Positions 54,001-64,000 of a DNA stretch of 64,000 bases are shown here, piece after piece. Below the pieces are notes generated by a model. The model did not search any database, was not told the DNA's origin, and worked only from the letters and a program-made list of their open reading frames with translations. The DNA lies in NCBI GenBank assembly GCA_964016885.1, contig OZ024750.1, forward strand, positions 38,750,001 to 38,814,000, written 5' to 3'. Origin of the DNA: Eledone cirrhosa (Eukaryota). The stretch's first letter is position 1. Every line of letters starts with the position of its first letter. Position numbers and translations under genes: made by a program.

Positions 54001-56889
54001 TGTAGGTACTGGACAGTGTCTAGTAATGTAGGTACAGGACAGTGTCTAGTAATGTAGGTACAGGACAGTGTCTAGTAGTGTAGGTACTGGACAGTGTCTA
54101 GTAATGTAGGTACTGGACAGTGTCTAGTAGTGTAGGTACAGGACAGTGTCTAGTAATGTAGGTACAGGACAGTGTCTAGTAATGTAGGTACTGGACAGTG
54201 TCTAGTAGTGTAGGTACAGGACAGTGTCTAGTAATGTAGGTACTGGACAGTGTCTAGTAATGTAGGTACAGGACAGTGTCTAGTAACGTAGGTACAGGAC
54301 AGTGTCTAGTAGTGTAGGTACATGACAGTGACTAGTAATGTAGGTACAGGACAGTGTCTAGTAATGTAGGTACTTGACAGTGACTAGTAATGTAGGTACA
54401 GGACAGTGTCTAGTAGTGTAGGTACAGGACAGTGTCTAGTAATGTAGGTACAGGACAGTGTCTAGTAATGTAGGTACAGGACAGTGACTAGTAATGTAGG
54501 TACAGGACAGTGTCTAGTAATGTAGGTACAGGACAGTGTCTAGTAGTCTAGGTACAGGATAATGTCTAGTAGTGTAGGTACTGGACAGTGTCTAGTAATA
54601 TAGGTACTGGACAGTGTCTAGTAGTGTAGGTACAGGACAGTGTCTAGTAATGTAGGTACAGGACAGTGTCTAGTAATATAGGTACTGGACAGTGTCTACT
54701 AGTGTAGGTACAGGACAGTGTCTAGTAGTGTAGGTACAGGACAGTGTCTAGTAATGTAGCTACTGGACAGTGTCTAGTAGTGTAGGTACAGGACAGTGTC
54801 TAGTAATGTAGGTACAGGACAGTGTCTAGTAATGTAGGTACTGGACAGTGTCTAGTAATGTAGGTACAGGACAGTGTCTAGTAATGTAGGTACTGGACAG
54901 TGTCTAGTAATGTAGGTACTGGACAGTGTCTAGTAGTGTAGGTACAGGACAGTGACTAGTAATGTAGGTACAGGACAGTGTCTAGTAATGTAGGTACTTG
55001 ACAGTGACTAGTAATGTAGGTACAGGACAGTGTCTAGTAGTGTAGGTAGAGGTCAGTGACTAGTAATGTAGGTACAGGACAGTGTCTAGTAATGTAGGTA
55101 CTGGACAGTGACTAGTAATGTAGGTACAGGACAGTGTCTAGTAGTGTAGATACTGGACAGTGTCTAGTAATGTAGGTACAGGACAGTGTCTAGTAATGTA
55201 GGTACAGGACAGTGTCTAGTAGAGTAGGTACTGGACAGTGTCTAGTAATGTAGGTACAGGACAGTGTCTAGTAATGTAGGTACAGGACAGTGAATAGTAA
55301 TGTAGGTACAGGACAGTGTCTAGTAATGTAGGTACTGGACAGTGTCTAGTAGTGTAGGTACAGGACTGTGTCTAGTAGGGTAGGTACAGGACAGTCTCTA
55401 GTAATGTAGGTACAGGACAGTGTCTAGTAATGTAGCTACTGGACAGTGTCTAGTAATGTAGGTACTGGACAGTGTCTAGTAGTGTAGGTACAGGATAATG
55501 TCTAGTAATGTAGGTACTGGACAGTGTCTAGTAGTGTAGGTACAGGACAGTGTCTAGTAATGTAGGTACTGGACAGTGTCTAGTAGTGTAGGTACAGGAC
55601 TGTGTCTAGTAATGTAGGTACAGGACAGTGTCTAGTAATGTAGGTACTTGACAGTGACTAGTAATGTAGGTACAGGATAGTGTCTAGTAATGTAGGTACA
55701 GGACAGTGTCTAGTAGAGTAGGTACAGGACAGTGTCTAGTAATGTAGGTAATGGACAGTGTCTAGTAGTGTAGGTACATGACAGTGTCTAGTAATGTAGG
55801 TACAGGACAGTGTCTAGTAATGTAGGTACTTGACAGTGACTAGTAATGTAGGTACAGGACAGTGTCTAGTAATGTAGGTACAGGACAGTGTCTAGTAATG
55901 TAGGTACAGGATAGTGTCTAGTAATGTAGGTACAGGACAGTGTCTAGTAATGTAGGTACTGGACAGTGTCTAGTAATGTAGGTACTGGACAGTGTCTAGT
56001 AGTGTAGGTACAGGACAGTGTCTAGTAATGTAGGTACAGGACAGTGTCTAGTAATGTAGGTACTTGACAGTGACTAGTAATGTAGGTACAGGACAGTGTC
56101 TAGTAATGTGGGTACTGGACAGTGTCTAGTAATGTAGGTACAGGACAGTGTCTAGTAATGTAGGTACAGGACATTGTCTAGTGTACTGGACAGTGTCTAG
56201 TAGTGTAGGTACTGGACAGTGTCTAGTAGTGTAGGTACAGGACAGTGTCTAGTAATGTAAGTACAGGACAGTGACTAGTAATGTAGTTACTGGACAGTGT
56301 CTAGTAGTGTAGGTACAGGACAGTGTCTAGTAATGTAGGTACAGGACAGTGTCTAGTAATGTAGGTACTGGACAGTGTATAGTAATGTAGGTACAGGACA
56401 GTGTCTAGTAATGTAGGTACAGGACAGTGTCTAGTAATGTAGGTATAGGACAGTGTCTAGTAATGTGCGTACTGGACAGTGTCTAGTATTGTATGTACAG
56501 GACAGTGTCTAGTAATGTAGGTACAGGACAGTGTCTAGTAATGTGGGTACTGGACAGTGTCTAGTAATGTAGGTACAGGACAGTGTCTAGTAATGTAGGT
56601 ACAGGACAGTGTCTAGTGTACTGGACAGTGTCTAGTAGTGTAGGTACTGGACAGTGTCTAGTAGTGTATGTACAGGACAGTGTCTAGTAATGTAGGTACA
56701 GGACAGTGACTAGTAATGTAGTTACTGGACAGTGTCTAGTAGTGTAGGTACAGGACAGTGTCTAGTAATTTAGGTACAGGACAGTGTCTAGTAATGTAGG
56801 TACAGGACAGTGTCTAGTATTGTAGGTACTGGACAGTGTCTAGTAATGTTGGTACTGGACAGTGTCTAGTAATGTTGGTACTGGACAGT

Positions 56890-58330
56890 GTCTAGTAATG
56901 TAGCTACTGGACAGTGTCTAGTAATGTAGGTACCAGACAGTGTCTAGTAATGTAGGTACTGGACAGTGTCTAGTAATGTAGGTACTGGACAGTGTCTAGT
57001 AATGTAGGTACTGGACAGTGTCTAGTAGTGTAGGTACTCGACAGTGTCTAGTAGTGTAGGTACAGGACAGTGTCTAGTAATGTAGGTACTGGAAAGTGTC
57101 TAGTAATGTAGGTACAGGACAGTGTCTAGTAGAGTAGGTACTTGACAGTGTCTAGTAATGTAGGTACAGGACAGTGTCTAGTAATGTAGGTACTGAACAG
57201 TGTCTAGTAGTGTAGGTACTGGACAGTGTCTAGTAATGTAGGTACTGGACAGTGTCTAGTAATGTAGGTATAGGACAGTGTCTAGTAATGTAGGTATAGG
57301 ACAGTGTCTAGTAATGTAGGTACAGGACAGTGTCTAGTATTGTAGGTACTGGACAGTGTCTAGTAATGTTGGTACTGGACAATGTCTAGTAATGTAGCTA
57401 CTGGACAGTGTCTAGTAATGTAGGTACCAGACAGTGTCTAGTAATGTAGGTACTGGACAGTGTCTAGTAATGTAGGTACAGGACAGTGTCTAGTAATGTA
57501 GGTACTGGACAGTGTCTAGTAGTGTAGGTACTGGACAGTGTCTAGTAGTGTAGGTACAGGACAGTGTCTAGTAATGTAGGTACTGGAAAGTGTCTAGTAA
57601 TGTAGGTACAGGACAGTGTCTAGTAGAGTAGGTACTGGACAGTGTCTAGTAATGTAGGTACAGGACAGTGTCTAGTAATGTAGGTACTGGACAGTGTCTA
57701 GTAGTGTAAGTACTGGACAGTGTCTAGTAATGTAGGTACTGGACAGTGTCTAGTAATGTAGGTATAGGACAGTGTCTAGTAATGTAGGTATAGGACAGTG
57801 TCTAATAATGTAGGTACTGGACAGTGTCTAGTAGTGTAGGTACAGGACAGTGTATAGTAATGTAGGTACAGGACAGTGTATAGTCATGTAGGTACTGGAC
57901 AGTGTCTAGTAATGTAGCTACTGGACAGTGTCTAGTAATGTAGGTACCAGACAGTGTCTAGTAATGTAGGTACTGGACAGTGTCTAGTAATGTAGGTACT
58001 GGACAGTGTCTAGTAATGTAGGTACTGGACAGTGTCTAGTAGTGTAGGTACTCGACAGTGTCTAGTAGTGTAGGTACAGGACAGTGTCTAGTAATGTAGG
58101 TACTGGAAAGTGTCTAGTAATGTAGGTACAGGACAGTGTCTAGTAGAGTAGGTACTTGACAGTGTCTAGTAATGTAGGTACAGGACAGTGTCTAGTAATG
58201 TAGGTACTGAACAGTGTCTAGTAGTGTAGGTACTGGACAGTGTCTAGTAATGTAGGTACTGGACAGTGTCTAGTAATGTAGGTACAGGACAGTGTCTAGT
58301 AATGTAGGTATAGGACAGTGTCTAGTAATG
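56890..58330. repeat. Repeat block with 1014-bp (39-monomer) offset and a third copy near 61300-61720
   Basis: ACTCGAC at 57036, 58050 and 61456, each followed by GGAAAGT, TAGAGTAGG and ACTGAAC. Confidence 0.82.
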
Positions 58331-59814
58331 TAGGTACAGGAGAATGTCTAGTAATATATGTACAGGATAGTGTCTAGTAGTGTAGGTACAGGACAGTGTC
58401 TAGTAGTGTAGGTACTGGACAGTGTCTAGTAGTGTAGGTACAGGACAGTGTCTAGTAATGTAGGTACTGGACAGTGACTAGTAATGTAGGTACATGACAG
58501 TGTCTTGTAATGTAGGCACAGGACAGTGTCTATTATTGTAGGTATAGGACAGTGTCTAGTAGTGTAGGTACAGGACAGTGTCTAGTAGTGTAGGTACTGG
58601 ACAGTGTCTAGTAATGTACGTACAGGACAGTGTCTAGTAATGTAGGTACAGGACAGTGACTAGTAATGTAGGTACAGGACAGTGTCTAGTAATGTAGGTA
58701 CTGGACAGTGTCTAGTAGTGTAGGTACAGGACAGTGACTAGTAATGTAGGTACAGGACAGTGTCTAGTAATGTAGGTACTTGACAGTGACTAGTAATGTA
58801 GGTACAGGACAGTGTCTTGTAGTGTAGGTACTGGACAGTGTCTAGTAGTGTAGGTACAGGACAGTGTCTAGTAATGTAGGTACTGGACAGTGTCTAGTAA
58901 TGTAGGTACAGGACAGTGACTAGTAATGTAGGTACAGGATAGTGTCTAGTAATGTAGGTACAGGACAGTGACTAGTAATGTAGGTACAGGACAGTGTCTA
59001 GTAATGTAGGTACTTGACAGTGACTAGTAATGTAGGTACAGGACAGTGTCTAGTAATATAGGTAGTGGACAGTGTCTAGTAGTGTAGGTACAGGACAGTG
59101 TCTAGTAATGTAGGTACTGGACAGTGTCTAGTAATGTAGGTACAGGACAGTGTCTAGTAATATAGGTACTGGACAGTGTCTAGTAATGTAGGTACTGGAC
59201 AGTGTCTAGTAGTGTAGGTACAGGACAGTGACTAGTAATGTAGGTACAGGACAGTGTCTAGTAATATAGGTACTGGACAGTGTCTAGTAGTGTAGGTACA
59301 GGACAGTGACTAGTAATGTAGGTACTTGACAGTGACTAGTAATGTAGGTACAGGACAGTGTCTAGTAACGTAGGTATAGGACAGTGTCTAGTAGTGTAGG
59401 TACAGGACAGTGTCTAGTAGTGTAGGTACTGGACAGTGTCTAGTAATGTAGGTACAGGACAGTGTCTAGTAATGTAGGTACAGGACGGTGACTAGTAATG
59501 TAGGTACAGGACAGTGTCTAGTAATGTAGGTACTGGACAGTGTCTAGTAATGTAGGTACTGGACAGTGTCTAGTAGTGTAGGTACAGGACAGTGTCTAGT
59601 AATGTAGGTACAGGACAGTGTCTAGTAATGTAGGTACTGGACAGTGTCTAGTAGTGTAGGTACAGGACAGTGTCTAGTAATGTAGGTACAGGACAGTGTC
59701 TAGTAGTGTAGGTACAGGACAGTGACTAGTAATGTAGGTACAGGACAGTGTCTAGTAATGTAGGTACTTGACAGTGACTAGTAATGTAGGTACAGGACAG
59801 TGTCTTGTAGTGTA

Positions 59815-60790
59815 GGTACTGGACATTGTCTAGTAGTGTAGGTACAGGACAGTGTCTAGTAGTGTAGGTACAGGACAGTGTCTAGTAATGTAGGTACAGG
59901 ACAGTGTCTAGTAATGTAGGTACAGGACAGTGTCTAGTAATGTAGGTACAGGACAGTGTCTAATAATGTAGGTACAGGACACTGTCTAGTAGCATAGGTA
60001 CAGGACAGTGTATAGTAGTGTAGGTACAGGACAGTGTCTAGTAATGTAGTTACAGGACAGTGTCTAGTAATGTAGGTACAGGACAGTGTCTAGTAATGTA
60101 GGTATAGGACAGTGTCTAGTAGTGTAGGTACAGGACAGTGTCTAGTAGTGTAGGTACTGGACAGTGTCTAGTAATGTAGGTACAGGACAGTGTCTAGTAA
60201 TGTAGGTACAGGACAGTGACTAGTAATGTAGGTACAGGACAGTGTCTAGTAATGTAGGTACTGGACAGTGTCTAGTAATGTAGGTACTGGACAGTGTCTA
60301 GTAGTGTAGGTACAGGACAGTGTCTAGTAATGTAGGTACTGGACAGTGTCTAGTAGTGTAGGTACAGGACAGTGTCTAGTAATGTAGGTACAGGACAGTG
60401 TCTAGTAATGTAGGTACTTGACAGTGACTAGTAATGTAGGTACAGGACAGTGTCTAGTAATGTAGGTACAGGACAGTGTCTAGTAATGTAGGTACAGGAC
60501 AGTGTCTAGTAATGTAGGTACTGGACAGTGTCTAGTAATGTAGGTACTGGACATTGTCTAGTAGTGTAGGTACAGGACAGTGTCTAGTAGTGTAGGTACA
60601 GGACAGTGTCTAGTAATGTAGGTACAGGACAGTGTCTAGTAATGTAGGTACAGGACAGTGTCTAGTAATGTAGGTACAGGACAGTGTCTAATAATGTAGG
60701 TACAGGACACTGTCTAGTAGCATAGGTACAGGACAGTGTATAATAGTGTAGGTACAGGACAGTGTCTAGTAATGTAGTTACAGGACAGTG
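59815..60790. repeat. Repeat block with 728-bp (28-monomer) offset
   Basis: GACATTGTC, TCTAATAAT and GACACTGTCTAGTAGCAT (C at 59993/60721) and TAGTTAC recur in the same order. Confidence 0.8.
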
Positions 60791-62309
60791 TCTAGTAGTG
60801 TAGGTACTTGACAGTGTCTAGTAGTGTAGGTACTGGACAGTGTCTAGTAGTGTAGGTACAGGACAGTGTCTAGTAATGTAGGTACAGGACAGTGTCTAGT
60901 AATGTAGGTACTTGACAGTGACTAGTAATGTAGGTACAGGACAGTGTCTAGTAATGTAGGTACAGGACAGTGTCTAGTAATGTAGGTACAGGACAGTGTC
61001 TAGAAATGTAGGTACAGGACAGTGTCTAGTAATGTAGGTACTGGACAGTGTCTAGTAATGTAGGTACTGGACAGTGTCTAGTAGTGTAGGTACAGGACAG
61101 TGACTAGTAATGTAGTTACTGGACAGTGTCTAGTAGTGTAGGTACAGGACAGTGTCTAGTAATTTAGGTACAGGACAGTGTCTAGTAATGTAGGTACAGG
61201 ACAGTGTCTAGTATTGTAGGTACTGGACAGTGTCTAGTAATGTTGGTACTGGACAGTGTCTAGTAATGTTGGTACTGGACAGTGTCTAGTAATGTAGCTA
61301 CTGGACAGTGTCTAGTAATGTAGGTACCAGACAGTGTCTAGTAATGTAGGTACTGGACAGTGTCTAGTAATGTAGGTACTGGACAGTGTCTTGTAATGTA
61401 GGTACAGGCCAGTGTCTAGTAATGTAGGTACTGGACAGTGTCTAGTAGTGTAGGTACTCGACAGTGTCTAGTAGTGTAGGTACAGGACAGTGTCTAGTAA
61501 TGTAGGTACTGGAAAGTGTCTAGTAATGTAGGTACAGGACAGTGTCTAGTAGAGTAGGTACTGGACAGTGTCTAGTAATGTAGGTACAGGACAGTGTCTA
61601 GTAATGTAGGTACTGAACAGTGTCTAGTAGTGTAGGTACTGGACAGTGTCTAGTAATGTAGGTACTGGACAGTGTCTAGTAATGTAGGTATAGGACAGTG
61701 TCTAGTAATGTAGGTATAGGACAGTGTCTAATAATGTAGGTACAGGACAGTGTCTAGTAATGTAGGTATAGGACAGTGTCTAGTAATGTAGGTACAGGAC
61801 AGTGTCTAGTAATGTAGGTACAGGACAGTGTCTAGTATTGTAGGTACTGGACAGTGTCTAGTAATGTTGGAACTGGACAGTGTCTAGAAATGTAGCTACT
61901 GGACAGTGTCTAGTAATGTAGGTACTGGACAGTGTCTAGTAGTGTAGGTACTGGACAGTGTCTAGTAATGTAGGTACTGGACAGTGTCTAGTAATGTAGG
62001 TATAGGACAGTGTCTAGTAATGTAGGTATAGGACAGTGTCTAATAATGTAGGTACTGGACAGTGTCTAGTAGTGTAGATACAGGACAGTGTCTAGTAATG
62101 TAGGTACAGGACAGTGTATAGTCATGTAGGTACTGGACAGTGTCTAGTAATGTAGGTACTGGACAGTGTCTAGTAATGTAGGTACAGGACAGTGTCTAGT
62201 AATATATGTACAGGATAGTGTCTAGTAGTGTAGGTACAGGACAGTGTCTAGTAGTGTAGGTACTGGACAGTGTCTAGTAGTGTAGGTACAGGACAATGTC
62301 TAGTAATGC

Positions 62310-63690
62310 AGGTACTGGACAGTGACTAGTAATGTAGGTACATGACAGTGTCTTGTAATGTAGGCACAGGACAGTGTCTAGTAATGTAGGTATAGGACAG
62401 TGTCTAGTAGTGTAGGTACAGGAGAGTGTCTAGTAGTGTAGGTACTGGACAGTGTCTAGTAATGTACGTACAGGACAGTGTCTAGTAATGTAGGTACAGG
62501 ACTGTGACTAGTAATGTAGGTACAGGACAGTGTCTAGTAATGTAGGTACTGGACAGTGTCTAGTAGTGTAGGTACAGGACAGTGACTAGTAATGTAGGTA
62601 CAGGACAGTGTCTAGTAATGTAGGTACTTGACAGTGACTAGTAATGTAGGTACAGGACAGTGTCTTGTAGTGTAGGTACTGGACAGTGTCTAGTAGTGTA
62701 GGTACAGGACAGTGTCTAGTAATGTAGGTACAGGACAGTGTCTAGTAATGTAGGTATAGGACAGTGTCTAGTAGTGTAGGTACAGGACAGTGTCTAGTAG
62801 TGTAGGTACTGGACAGTGTCTAGTAATGTAGGTACAGGACAGTGTCTAGTAATGTAGGTACAGGACAGTGACTAGTAATGTAGGTACAGGACAGTGTCTA
62901 GTAATGTAGGTACTGGACAGTGTCTAGTAATGTAGGTACTGGACAGTGTCTAGTAGTGTAGGTACAGGACAGTGTCTAGTAATGTAGGTACAGGACAGTG
63001 TCTAGTAATGTAGGTACTGGACAGTGTCTAGTAGTGTAGGTACAGGACAGTGTCTAGTAATGTAGGTACTGGACAGTGACTAGTAATGTAGGTACATGAC
63101 AGTGTCTTGTAATGTAGGCACAGGACAGTGTCTAGTAATGTAGGTATAGGACAGTGTCTAGTAGTGTAGGTACAGGACAGTGTCTAGTAGTGTAGGTACT
63201 GGACAGTGTCTAGTAATGTACGTACAGGACAGTGTCTAGTAATGTAGGTACAGGACTGTGACTAGTAATGTAGGTACAGGACAGTGTCTAGTAATGTAGG
63301 TACTGGACAGTGTCTAGTAGTGTAGGTACAGGACAGTGACTAGTAATGTAGGTACAGGACAGTGTCTAGTAATGTAGGTACTTGACAGTGACTAGTAATG
63401 TAGGTACAGGACAGTGTCTTGTAGTGTAGGTACTGGACAGTGTCTAGTAGTGTAGGTACAGGACAGTGTCTAGTAATGTAGGTACAGGACAGTGTCTAGT
63501 AATGTAGGTATAGGACAGTGTCTAGTAGTGTAGGTACAGGACAGTGTCTAGTAGTGTAGGTACTGGACAGTGTCTAGTAATGTAGGTACAGGACAGTGTC
63601 TAGTAATGTAGGTACAGGACAGTGACTAGTAATGTAGGTACAGGACAGTGTCTAGTAATGTAGGTACTGGACAGTGTCTAGTAATGTAGG
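62310..63690. repeat. Tandem duplication with 754-bp (29-monomer) offset and a related copy at ~58470-58880
   Basis: ACATGACAGTGTCTTGTAATGTAGGC at 58492, 62340 and 63094, each followed by GTACGTAC and GTCTTGTAG markers. Confidence 0.85.
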
Positions 63691-64000
63691 TACAGGACAG
63701 TGTCTAGTAATGTAGGTACAGGACAGTGACTAGTAATGTAGGTACAGGACAGTGTCTAGTAATGTAGGTACTGGACAGTGTCTAGTAATGTAGGTACTGG
63801 ACAGTGTCTAGTAGTGTAGGTACAGGACAGTGTCTAGTAATGTAGGTACTGGACAGTGTCTAGTAGTGTAGGTACAGGACAGTGTCTAGTAATGTAGGTA
63901 CAGGACAGTGTCTAGTAATGTAGGTACTTGACAGTGACTAGTAATGTAGGTACAGGACAGTTTCTAGTAATGTAGGTACAGGACAGTGTCTAGTAATGTA

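Larger units (their letters stand above)
1..64000. repeat. 26-bp tandem satellite array, consensus ACAGGACAGTGTCTAGTAATGTAGGT, about 2464 copies, single orientation, open at both window ends
   Basis: Monomers start at 1, 27, 53 and the line pattern recurs every 780 bp (30 x 26). The last monomer starts at 63978, which equals 1 + 2463 x 26 - 61. The 61 bp match the 19 one-base and 6 seven-base deletions I located. Confidence 0.99.

Noticed and set aside
1-64000. Protein-coding repeat on either strand
   Set aside because: 26 is not a multiple of 3, so each frame cycles through all phases every 78 bp. The + strand meets TAG and TAA repeatedly, and the - strand meets a TAG (from CTAG) about every 26 codons.
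1-64000. The - strand consensus has only TAG stops and would read as a 26-aa repeat (TYITRHCPVPTLLDTVLYLHY*TLSC) if TAG were reassigned
   Set aside because: A 26-mer with one stop triplet is expected by chance. Variants such as TTTAG, TTCAC and GTTAC add TAA or TGA on the - strand, variation shows no codon pattern, and nothing indicates a recoded genome.
1-64000. CRISPR array (repeat length in range, palindromic repeat)
   Set aside because: Monomers abut directly with no unique spacers, and there is no leader or cas gene.
1-64000. Telomerase-made long telomeric repeat like the 23-26 bp units of some budding yeasts (G-rich strand, loose ACGGA..TGTCTA resemblance)
   Set aside because: The array is far longer than such telomeres, and variants are inherited in multi-kb duplicated blocks. 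That indicates recombinational amplification rather than templated addition. A recombination-maintained terminal array cannot be excluded from sequence alone.
1-64000. Variant order as a deliberate information code or synthetic data storage
   Set aside because: The order is explained by nested duplications with accumulated point mutations, as expected for natural satellite turnover.

Overview
The whole 64 kb window is one uninterrupted head-to-tail tandem array of a 26-bp monomer, consensus ACAGGACAGTGTCTAGTAATGTAGGT (11/26 GC, G-rich + strand, no CpG). My count is 2463 full monomers plus a final partial one, all in the same orientation. I found no genes, RNA genes, CRISPR spacers, transposon insertions or unique sequence. 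It looks like eukaryotic-type satellite DNA, but neither the organism nor the chromosomal role (centromeric, subtelomeric or interstitial) can be read from the sequence. The structure lies in the variant pattern. (1) Three common polymorphic sites (positions 3-4 AG/TG/TT, 12 T/A, 19 A/G) form a small set of linked monomer types. (2) Rare marker variants reveal nested, in-register duplications with offsets of 208, 338, 728, 754, 1014, 1482, 3402, 4471, 5511 and about 7532 bp, plus long-range copies about 8.5, 13.9, 23.6 and 48.3 kb apart. (3) The monomer is a 19-bp quasi-palindrome, and several recurrent variants improve its symmetry. (4) All register-shifting indels seen are deletions. I cannot support a novel gene-encoded system here. 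All alignments were done by eye with marker variants, so breakpoints are approximate to one or two monomers.
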